Program-made: the position numbers and the translations under genes
Notes under the pieces: generated by a model
Databases searched by the model: none
Told to the model about the DNA's origin: nothing
What the model saw: only the letters and a program-made list of their open reading frames with translations
Assembly (NCBI GenBank): GCA_963815195.1
Contig: CAWFGE010000012.1
Location: 960,001-1,024,000 of the forward strand
Direction of reading: 5' to 3'
Origin: an uncultured Planctomycetaceae bacterium
GTDB lineage: Bacteria; Planctomycetota; Planctomycetia; Planctomycetales; Planctomycetaceae
Length of the DNA stretch: 64,000 bases
Shown: piece after piece, positions 32,036-40,698 of the stretch
Layout: each line of letters begins with the position of its first letter
How positions within the stretch are numbered: the stretch's first letter is position 1

Positions 32036-33151
32036 ATGAAGTCCGTCAGTTTATTCGAAGCGAATTTGCTCAGAATTCTGCGCGGATTTTTCGGCCGGGA
32101 GCCGGCGGACCGGGTGCTGCGATTGGTCGAATCCGAAACCGCTTGCCCCAAATGCCTGAGCCGAAACGCGGTCGAACTCGTCGAAGACACGCTGCAAAAA
32201 GGCGTCGCGGGTTTTCTGGCCCGGCTGGGCGGTTGGCGGCGGGCGAGGTTTATGCGGGACGGCCGCATCGCCGAGGGCCGGCTGTGGAACCGCACGCCGC
32301 CCGCGGAGCTCGGGCTGTCGTTCTCCGGGCATTCGTTGCGGTTTCTCATGTGGCTCACCGCGAACCATCCCAATCGCTCCCGCCTGGAACGCGTGCCGGC
32401 CGAAAGCGAACTGACCCTCGGCGACCGCTTGCTCTTGTTTCTCGCCTACGAAACACTCCGCGGCACCGAGCCGATCCGCGGGCTGATGGAACAGCCGCCC
32501 TTCCGGCGGCACGCGCTGTTGTGGCTGGCCTATCTGCCGGATTTCGTCGAGGCGGAACCGCGGCGTTCGTGGGACTTTGCCCCCTGGATGGACGGGCCGG
32601 GATCGTGGATCGTGGAATCGCTGCAACCCCGATTGAGCGAGGCGTGGCTCAAGATGGAGCGTCAAAAAAGCCGAATCGTCAATCCGAATACGATGCGCCG
32701 GCTGGGCGAGCTCCAACGCCGCGTGCTCACCCAGTTCTTCGATGCCGCCGAGGCCGCGGGCCGGCAGGATTTGTGCCGATTCTTCCTGGCCGCGATGAAC
32801 CGGTATCTCCAGGATGCATCGACCGCGGGCCAGCCGGTTCCCTTTCAACAACTGCATCTCAAGAGTCTGCGGATGGCCGACCGCTTCGAGGTTTATCGAG
32901 CCGCCGCCGCGGGCCTGCGGCAGATGGACCGCCTGGACCATTGGAACCGCGTCGCCCGCAGCATCGGTTTTTACGACGAGGGCTACGCCGCCGCCCAGCT
33001 TTGGAAAGCCGACTGGGAAGACCTGGAAGGGGACCGGTTGTGTGCCGAGTCCCAAACCCGGCTCCGGCAACTGGAACCTTTGGGAGCCGGCGGATCGGGA
33101 ACCCGAACCTCCGCCTCGTCCGAAGCGTCAAACATGAAACCTGAAACGTGA
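32036..33151 (+). CDS. Conserved hypothetical protein, possibly an FtsH-ternary-system component
   Basis: 371 aa ORF with Trp/Arg-rich conserved-looking motifs (LARLGGWR, IGFYDEGY.AAQLWKADWE); family call from recall only. Confidence 0.5.
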   Translation: MKSVSLFEANLLRILRGFFGREPADRVLRLVESETACPKCLSRNAVELVEDTLQKGVAGFLARLGGWRRARFMRDGRIAEGRLWNRTPPAELGLSFSGHSLRFLMWLTANHPNRSRLERVPAESELTLGDRLLLFLAYETLRGTEPIRGLMEQPPFRRHALLWLAYLPDFVEAEPRRSWDFAPWMDGPGSWIVESLQPRLSEAWLKMERQKSRIVNPNTMRRLGELQRRVLTQFFDAAEAAGRQDLCRFFLAAMNRYLQDASTAGQPVPFQQLHLKSLRMADRFEVYRAAAAGLRQMDRLDHWNRVARSIGFYDEGYAAAQLWKADWEDLEGDRLCAESQTRLRQLEPLGAGGSGTRTSASSEASNMKPET

Positions 33152-33181
33152 GACCTGAAACCCTTTCCCCGGGAGAAATCG

Positions 33182-33751
33182 ATGAGCCGCGCTTATCGCA
33201 TCAAAGTCAGCGAATCGCTGCACCGCGTGATTCGGGCCAGCGACCATGTGAGCACGCAACTGGAACTGTTGGAGATCCTGCCCCGCGAGCAAATGGCCGG
33301 GCTTTTGGAGCGGCAACTTGCGTCCCTGGGATTCGAGCGGCAAGGAGAACTCCTCGTGCGCGAAAATCAGGGCGTGATTGTCGAGGTCGATCCCAAGGCC
33401 GGCACCGTCACCGCCCGCATCGAAGCCGACCAAGACGTGAGCTTGGAGCGCGAAGGCGAAGCGAGCGTGTATGACTTCGGCAGCGAACTCACCAAGAACG
33501 TCAAAGAAAACAAGCGCGAAGAGCTTCGCCAGCAGATGGAAAAAGAAGCCGAGGCCGAACAGCAAAGGCTTCAAAAGGAACTCACGGACCGCCTGGAAGC
33601 GGAGCTGATCGACCTGCGGTCGGAGTTGGACCAGGCGGTCAACCGCGTGACCGCGGAAGCCCTCAAACAAAAAGCCGCCCAAATCGGCCAGATCAAGGAA
33701 CTGACCGAAGACCAAGAGAGCGGCTCGCTGACAATCGTGCTGGAAGTTTAA
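33182..33751 (+). CDS. Coiled-coil hypothetical protein, possibly an FtsH-ternary-system component
   Basis: MSRAYRI..., charged coiled coil, ALKQKA..IG.I...ED..SGSLTI.LEV C-terminus. Confidence 0.55.
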   Translation: MSRAYRIKVSESLHRVIRASDHVSTQLELLEILPREQMAGLLERQLASLGFERQGELLVRENQGVIVEVDPKAGTVTARIEADQDVSLEREGEASVYDFGSELTKNVKENKREELRQQMEKEAEAEQQRLQKELTDRLEAELIDLRSELDQAVNRVTAEALKQKAAQIGQIKELTEDQESGSLTIVLEV

Positions 33752-33783
33752 CGCATCTTGCACTCCCGCCACGGTGCCGGCCA

Positions 33784-34221
33784 TTATCGTTCCGGATTCG
33801 CAGCGCTGTTCGGTTCGTGGATTTCCAGGACGACGGGGCCCCAGAGGCCGCCGGGGGCTGGGGATTGGGCGGGGTCGAATTGCACGTCCACTTGCAGCTC
33901 GTTGTGCGGGGTAAGCCGGTTTGTGATTTCGATTCGAACGGGAGCCTCGCCGGCGGTTTCGCTGGGGGATTCTCCAATCCGTTGGCCGTTTAAGGAAATC
34001 TCCGCCTCGCCGCCTATCCCTTCGAAGATGAGATGCACCCGGCTTTCGGGTTCCAGGTTGGTCGGGCGGTGAAAGGTCCTCGAGAACCGCGCGCGGCCGG
34101 GCGTTTCTCCAAACAAGTCTCGCCAGGATTGAGGCAATTGGACGCGGCCCCGTGCGGAAAGGCCGGCGGAAAGGCTGTCGCACCGCCAAGGACCCCGCAG
34201 CCGGATGCGATGAATGCTCAT
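33784..34221 (-). CDS. Small protein resembling a GH2 sugar-binding domain
   Basis: IRLRGPW, F.R.FH.PTNL, L.FEG, LNG, N.L.V.V and GGLWGPV.L motifs. Confidence 0.65.
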   Translation of the reverse strand: MSIHRIRLRGPWRCDSLSAGLSARGRVQLPQSWRDLFGETPGRARFSRTFHRPTNLEPESRVHLIFEGIGGEAEISLNGQRIGESPSETAGEAPVRIEITNRLTPHNELQVDVQFDPAQSPAPGGLWGPVVLEIHEPNSAANPER

Positions 34222-34481
34222 GGATTCGGGTCTCTTTTCGATGAACCGGGGCTAGCGCCCTGCGGCTAATATGTTCCACCCCCACGTTTTTGGTTTGACG
34301 CGGCACTGGGCGCTCGGGAAATAAAACGGACTGGCTGCAATCTTGCGGCGGTTTCGCCCCTTGCGTCATAATCAACCTCCGCGAGCCGTGCAACGCCAAG
34401 CCGCCAACCAACAACCGCACCAATTCAACACCTGTTCCTCGATCGCAGCTTCGACTAAGAATTAGCCCCTCTGGCAAGATC

Positions 34482-35486
34482 ATGTCCTCGTTCCTTCAAT
34501 TGGCGATTGCCTGTTTGCTGTTTGCCGTGGGGCTTAGGCTGTCGGCGTTTTTCAGCGGCAGCGAGACGGGCTTTTACCGGGCGAGTTTCTTGCGGATCAG
34601 CATCGACGCCCAGGCCGGCGACGCCGTCGCCCAGCGATTGCTGTGGTTCGCGAGAAACCCGAGCGCCTTCGTGGCCACGACGCTGGTGGGGAACAACGTC
34701 GCCAACTATTTGACGACGCTCGCGATCGGCTTCGCGACGTTGGCCATGTTCGAAGAGCACGCCCAGTGGATGGAAATCCTCGGGACGCTGTTCGTGTCCC
34801 CGATCGTGTTCATCGGCGGCGAATTGCTGCCCAAGAATCTATATTACCGGGCCCCCTTATTGCTCCTCCGCCGGGACGCGAACCGGCTGGTCGTGTTTTA
34901 CTATCTGTTTCTCGTGGTGAGCTTCCCGCTGATTGGAATCAGCAAGCTGTTCGAAAAGCTGGGCCCGGCGCAGGAAGAGCACTCGGGCCTGGTGCTGGGG
35001 CGGAACCGGCTCGTCCAGGTTTTGAGCCAAGGCCATCGCGAGGGGATCCTGACCAATGTGCAGACCCGGCTGATTCGCGGCGTGATGAACGTGGCGGGCC
35101 AATCCGTGCGAAGCTCCACGACGCCCTCGGACCGCGTGCTGGGCGTGGAGGACGACACCTCGCGGGCGGAGATTCTGGAGTTCGCCCGGCGGTACGGGAT
35201 TTCCGTCGTGCCGATGCGAAAAGCCGGCGATCCGCACGGCTGGTTCGGTTATGTCCGCGTGGTGGATCTGGCGGTGTCCCGGCAAACGGTGTCGTCGCTC
35301 GTTTTCGCCATGCCCCAAATTCCCGCGAGCCGGGGCAAATTGGAAGCCTTGCTGCAGCTCCGCGAAACCGACATGGAATGCGGCGTGGTCGTGGACGGGG
35401 AAAAAGTCGTCGGCGTGGTCAGCGCGCACGGCCTGGTCGAGCAACTCTTCCGCCCGCCCGCTCTCGCCAATCCGGATAACGAGTAG
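34482..35486 (+). CDS. CNNM/DUF21 domain membrane protein with degenerate CBS domains
   Basis: LSAFFSGSETG, TTLVGNN and GELLPK motifs. Confidence 0.88.
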   Translation: MSSFLQLAIACLLFAVGLRLSAFFSGSETGFYRASFLRISIDAQAGDAVAQRLLWFARNPSAFVATTLVGNNVANYLTTLAIGFATLAMFEEHAQWMEILGTLFVSPIVFIGGELLPKNLYYRAPLLLLRRDANRLVVFYYLFLVVSFPLIGISKLFEKLGPAQEEHSGLVLGRNRLVQVLSQGHREGILTNVQTRLIRGVMNVAGQSVRSSTTPSDRVLGVEDDTSRAEILEFARRYGISVVPMRKAGDPHGWFGYVRVVDLAVSRQTVSSLVFAMPQIPASRGKLEALLQLRETDMECGVVVDGEKVVGVVSAHGLVEQLFRPPALANPDNE

Positions 35487-35499
35487 AAAAGACAATCGC

Positions 35500-36120
35500 T
35501 CAACGCGAGAGCCATTCCTCGCTGGTCGTAATTCTCGCGCCGGCTTTCTCGAGCTCGGCGACGGCGCGTTGGTCGTCTTCCGCGTGAAGATTGACAGCCC
35601 GGCAGCCGTCGGCGATCAGCACCGTCTCGTAGCCCAGCGTGAGCGCATCGAGCGCGGTGAACTTCACGCAGTAATCGGTGGCCAGGCCCAAAACCACGAC
35701 GCGGTCGATGCGTTGGTTTTTGAGGTAATCATCGAGCCCGGTGGCCTTCACGTGGCCGTTGTCGAAGAACCCGCTGTAGCTGTCGAGCTTTGGATCCGCG
35801 CCTTTGTGGACGACGAAATCGACGCGGGATCGATCGAGGCCGGGCGGAAACTCCGCGCCGGGGGTGTTCTGGATACAGTGGTCGGGCCAGAGGATTTGAT
35901 CGAGGCCGCCGACCTGGATGATTTCGCCGATCTCGTGGCCGGGGTGGTTGTTCGCGAAGCTGCAATGGTCGGGGGGATGCCAATCCGCGGTGGCGACCAC
36001 CCGCTCAAAACGGGGCATCAAGGCGTTGGCGATGGGAACCACCTGGTCGCCTTCTGGGACGGCGAGCGCTCCCCCGGGGAGAAAGTCGTTCTGCAAATCC
36101 ACCAGCAGCAAGGCATCCAT
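35500..36120 (-). CDS. pncA: Nicotinamidase/pyrazinamidase
   Basis: VDLQNDF.PGGAL.V, DWHP..H.SF, WPDHC, DSYSGF and GLATDYCV motifs. Confidence 0.93.
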   Translation of the reverse strand: MDALLLVDLQNDFLPGGALAVPEGDQVVPIANALMPRFERVVATADWHPPDHCSFANNHPGHEIGEIIQVGGLDQILWPDHCIQNTPGAEFPPGLDRSRVDFVVHKGADPKLDSYSGFFDNGHVKATGLDDYLKNQRIDRVVVLGLATDYCVKFTALDALTLGYETVLIADGCRAVNLHAEDDQRAVAELEKAGARITTSEEWLSR

Positions 36121-36191
36121 TTCATCTCGCCCAAGGAAAACGGATCGGCGGATCTGCCGGCGAACCTCCGAACTGACGAAACGAACGCGCT

Positions 36192-36464
36192 CTAAGCCTG
36201 GGCTTTTTGGGTCTTGAGCAATTTCGAGAGCCGGGATTTCGTGCGGGCGGCGGCGTTGGGGTGAATCAACCGCGTGGAGGCCGCTTGATCCAGACGTTTC
36301 GTGGCCAGACGGAACGCAGCGTCGGCGGCTTCGGCGTCTCCGCTGACGGCGGCCTGACGGCACTTCTTGATGACCGTCCTGAGGGCCGAGCGCTGGGAAC
36401 GATTTCGCAGTCGGCGGGTCTGGTTTTGGCGAAGAGCCTTTTTGGCACTGGTGGTGTTGGGCAT
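36192..36464 (-). CDS. rpsT: 30S ribosomal protein S20
   Basis: MPN..SAKK.LRQ...RR.RN; IH.N.AAR.KSRL. Confidence 0.97.
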   Translation of the reverse strand: MPNTTSAKKALRQNQTRRLRNRSQRSALRTVIKKCRQAAVSGDAEAADAAFRLATKRLDQAASTRLIHPNAAARTKSRLSKLLKTQKAQA

Positions 36465-36750
36465 AGTCGGGGCGTGAAAAGAGCAACAAAAGAAAAGGAG
36501 GGACCGGTTCCCTCCACGTTCAAGGCGAACACGCAGTGTAGCGATCGAGGAATCGATTTGCCAGCATCCCGCCTCTCTCGTGACGCGATATTTTCGCTCC
36601 CGGCTCTCAAATCGGTCGGAGGACCCGTCGCGGACGCCGGAATCGCCCGGTAAAATGGCTCGAGTCGAGGGAAAATCCTGGATAATCTGGCAGAAATTGA
36701 CAAATATTAAGGATATGAGGGGGAGTTTACGTTATCATTTTTAGGGAGAG

Positions 36751-38101
36751 ATGTTCAAATCCTCGCAAGGGATTCCCCCAGCGGGTGCTTACCCTTCAAG
36801 TCGATCCCTGCTCTATTATTTGTCGCGAATTCGGTTGAGGGCCACCACGGTGGATTGGATCTGGAACGACACCCAATTGATTTTGGCAGGCGTTGCCGTC
36901 GGCGCGATTTTGGCGGCCGGGTTGAAGGACCTCGTGAACAGTCTTTTCCGGGGCCGAACGCGGATCGTGCTGCAAAGTCTCTCCACGCACCGCGGACCGG
37001 GCGCACCCGGCATGCCTTCCGTGGAACTCACCGGCCGGCGCAAGGGGCTGTTGGGGTTTGTGCTCGCGCGAGCTTGATCCCGGCCCGCAAGTCCAATTGA
37101 CCGTCCACGGGACCGAAATTCTAAAAACCACCCGCGGCCTCACCGGGCAGTTGCAGGAGCGGATTCCCCTGTCCGAGGGCATGGCGGTCCAATCACGGCG
37201 CGGACGAAACGGGTTGTGGCTGGCGGGGGCGGTTTTCAGCATCACCTTGGGCATGACCTGCGCGCTGGTCCTCGTGATGCCGGAGAATCCCAACAAGGGA
37301 CTTTTGAGCGCGGCGGCTTGGCTGTTGGCGGCGGGGGCGTTTCTCGCGGCATACAAGCTATCGGACACGTTTGAGTTCACCGTCCTGGGGGCCAATCAAA
37401 CGGGCGTCCGGTTCAAACCCGGCCTCTTGGAGGGCGGGCGGGTGTCGTTCGACCGCCTGGTCGAAGCCTCGGAAATCGTGATGGAGCGAATCCGAGACGC
37501 CCACTGGCAGGCACAACCCGCCGCGACCGTCCCGCACGTCGCCCCGCAGTCGGACGTTTCCATCGGGACCGCCGAGGTTCCGCCGGCACCCGTTTCTCGC
37601 GAGCCGGTTCGCGCGGAAAGTCCCGCTCGGCAAATGGCGTATGCCGGCGCGGGGGGAGGCGGGCACGCTCCGCCGCGGACGAAAGGCACCGGAACCGTCG
37701 AATACGGATCGGACCCCGGTTTGGATTCCGCGGACGACTGGGAAGGCCGACCGGAGCCGGGAACGGCGAATTCGGTCTTTCTCCAGCAGGCATTGGCCCG
37801 CCCGTTGCGGCCTCCCGCCGACATGGACGATCTGGACGACGATGACTATGACGGGCTTGACGATCCCGCTCCCCGGGCGAACGGGGGGGCGCAGCATCTC
37901 GGCACCGTGAGTTGGGAAGACCACGCCGATAAAGCGCAGGACGAGATCAAGGCCCAGGCATTGCTCACCGAACTGAAAGAGAGCCACCCCAAGCGCGGAG
38001 AAGCGAAACTTCGGCTCCGGGAATTGATCAGGCGGTTCCCCCAGACCGAAGCCGCCGGCAAAGCCCGCCACCTGCTCGAACGCCTCGAATCCGCCCGTTA
38101 G
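36751..38101 (+). CDS. Hypothetical membrane protein (frameshift ~37070; start uncertain)
   Basis: Two overlapping ORFs with TM helices, a low-complexity linker and a C-terminal 'L.ELIRRFP.TEAA.KA..LL' helix. Confidence 0.5.
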
Positions 38102-38235
38102 ATAGAAAACGGCCCACCCAAAGTGAGCGGCAAGGCATTCGCCTCCGGCCTTTCTCACCCGCCCGAAGCGCAAGCGAGGGAAGGCAAGTTCGGGGCAAAT
38201 CTCTAGCGCCTACGGCTCATTTTCTCGCATAGGAT

Positions 38236-40491
38236 TTACGCCTCCCTAACCACTACGCGGTTGCCGGCGACTTCGATGACTTCGATGGGGGTGCCGGCTT
38301 GGATGTAGGGGCCGTTGCTGACGACATCCACCATGCGGTCGCCGAACCGGGCTTTGCCGGCGGGACGCAACACCGATTGGGCCGTTCCCGTCTGCCCGTG
38401 CAACTCGGCAAAGGGGCTCTCGCCGTCAAGTCCTTCGCGGCCGGTGCGGAGTTTCGGGCCTTCGGTCTCGTCCTGGGAATTCGGCGGATGGAGGATGATC
38501 GCGTTGAACAGGGGGATATGCGGCAAATAGCGGTTGACGACCGCCGCGATCGCCATCACCGCCGCAATCGACAGGCTTAATGTTTTGACCGTCGTGGTGA
38601 GTTGTTCCATGTCGTGGCCCCAACTGTCGCCGAAGGTTTGGCTGGCGAGGATCAGCGACGCGAGCACCATCAGCCCGCCGGAGATGCCAAACACGCCGAA
38701 GCCGGGGATCACAAACAGTTCGAGCCCCAGGCAGACCAGGCCGCCGACGAACAAGATCACCTCGAGCCAGCCCGCGGTGCCGCCCATGTAGCGGGACCAG
38801 AAGAACAGGGCAAAGCACAGTCCCGAAAGGATGGCGAGGAAGCCGGTCATCAGGTGCAGTTCGAAGAACAGGCAAATCATCGCGACCACAAACAGCGTCC
38901 CGGTCCAGCCGGGCGAGTTGAGCTTGAAGATCAGCGAATCGACCCAGCTTTCCTCCATGGGCGCCAGTTTTTGTTCCGCCGGGATGCCCAGCCGCTGCTT
39001 GAGTTCGTCCATGTCCGAGACGGGCGGCTCGGCGAGTTTGAGTTCGTGGGCCCGTTTGCCCGTCACGGTGAGCAGCAGGTCTTTTTCGGACTCCGGGACG
39101 ACCCCGATTTCCTCCCATTCGCTCCTTTGTTTGTGAAACTCGGCTTCGCTCAAGTACCAGATGTGCCCGTCCTTTTTGCTGCGGACTTCAACGACGACGA
39201 GGTTCCGGTCGGCCATCGCTTCCAACAAGGCGGCGGGGCGGTGCTTTTTCTGGGCGAGCGACGTCAGCTCGGTGCGGATCGCGCTCAATTGCTTTTCGGG
39301 CACGCGCTCGAAGGCCTGGCCTTTGCCGATGGTGATCGGCCCCGCATCGCCGATCTTGGCGTCGGGCTGCATGTAGATTTCATCGCAGGCGAGCGAAATC
39401 ACCGCCGCGGCGCTAAACGCCGTTTTGGGAATATACGCCACCGTGCGGACCTTCTTCTCGCTCAGATCGGTGATCGCATACCTGAGATCCCACATGGTGT
39501 CCATGTACCCGCCGGGCGAATCGACCTCGAAGATAATCATGTTCGCGCCCTCGGAGACCGCGCGGTTGATGAGCCGTTTAATGTAGGCTCCCATCACCGG
39601 CTCGATCATGCCTTCCACCTTGATCAGCCGCACCTTGAGCTCCCCGGCGATCGCGGGATCCTCGCGGAGATCGGACGGGGCGAGCTTGTAGGTGTCGGCG
39701 AGTTCCTTCCGCGTGGAGGCGGTCTGCGTGACGAGCACATCAAAACGCCGGGCCTTCTCGCCAGTGAACACGCCGGCCTCGGCGCTGTCCAGGATCGGCA
39801 CGGTGTTCTTGATGACCGTCTTTTGCTCCTGGAGGCGTTTGAGCTCGTCCCCGGTGACAATTTCGCTCGTCTCCGTCGCGTTGGGGCCTTGGCCTCGCTC
39901 CACCGTGATGCGGTTCAGCTCGATGTTGCGGTCCATCATCTTGCGGACGAGCGCCTCGCTGACTTTGTTGTTGTTGGCTTTGGAGACAATGTCGACGACG
40001 AGCTTCTGCCGGTTCTCCTCCAAGGGCTTTCCGCGTCCGATGTCGCCCAGCTCGGCATCGGGGGCCATCACAATCTCCCGGCAGCCCAAAGCGAGGATGG
40101 CGTTGTTCCCCGTCACCGATTGAGAAACCCAGGCCACCGTGGTCACGTCGGCGATTTGGGGCGAGGTCAGCCAATCGGCCAGGCCGCAGACTTCATAAAA
40201 CTCGCTGCTGCCCGGCTCGATCTCCAAGAACAACAGGCCCTGCTTTTTCCGCTGGGTGGCTTCGGTTTGCAGGGTGAGCGCCGCGTTTTTCACCCGGCCG
40301 ACTTGGGCGTCGGTCAGGGGACTTTCGACGGTGATGAAAAGCACCGGCCGCTTGTTGGACTCTTGGGCATCGTCCGCCCAGGCGAGAGGCCGGCCGGGAG
40401 AAAACGCCCACGCGAAAACGAATGCCGCCGCAATAAAACCCAGCCGCCCGATTCGGGAATTCGAGAATTTCGTTTGCACCATCCACTCCAA
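38236..40491 (-). CDS. NfeD family membrane-bound ClpP-class protease (duplicated N-domain)
   Basis: DSPGG, AFSAAA.I, IGDAGP, ELFVIPGFGVFG and LRPAGKA...DVVS motifs. Confidence 0.9.
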   Translation of the reverse strand: MEWMVQTKFSNSRIGRLGFIAAAFVFAWAFSPGRPLAWADDAQESNKRPVLFITVESPLTDAQVGRVKNAALTLQTEATQRKKQGLLFLEIEPGSSEFYEVCGLADWLTSPQIADVTTVAWVSQSVTGNNAILALGCREIVMAPDAELGDIGRGKPLEENRQKLVVDIVSKANNNKVSEALVRKMMDRNIELNRITVERGQGPNATETSEIVTGDELKRLQEQKTVIKNTVPILDSAEAGVFTGEKARRFDVLVTQTASTRKELADTYKLAPSDLREDPAIAGELKVRLIKVEGMIEPVMGAYIKRLINRAVSEGANMIIFEVDSPGGYMDTMWDLRYAITDLSEKKVRTVAYIPKTAFSAAAVISLACDEIYMQPDAKIGDAGPITIGKGQAFERVPEKQLSAIRTELTSLAQKKHRPAALLEAMADRNLVVVEVRSKKDGHIWYLSEAEFHKQRSEWEEIGVVPESEKDLLLTVTGKRAHELKLAEPPVSDMDELKQRLGIPAEQKLAPMEESWVDSLIFKLNSPGWTGTLFVVAMICLFFELHLMTGFLAILSGLCFALFFWSRYMGGTAGWLEVILFVGGLVCLGLELFVIPGFGVFGISGGLMVLASLILASQTFGDSWGHDMEQLTTTVKTLSLSIAAVMAIAAVVNRYLPHIPLFNAIILHPPNSQDETEGPKLRTGREGLDGESPFAELHGQTGTAQSVLRPAGKARFGDRMVDVVSNGPYIQAGTPIEVIEVAGNRVVVREA

Positions 40492-40698
40492 TCATTGCAT
40501 TCGCAGGGCATTTTCACGCACTCGAAGTCGTGGACGAAAACGCGGTGTGACCGATGGGGAAAGCCTCTGAGAAAGGACGCCCTGCGGATGAGGCGCAGGG
40601 CGCAATCTCTCCATCCTCGTCTGCCAAATTATATCACCCCGGGAAAATGGGAGTCAAATTGCGAATCAGAAGCGGGCGGCGTTCGGGGGGGGCGTGTG

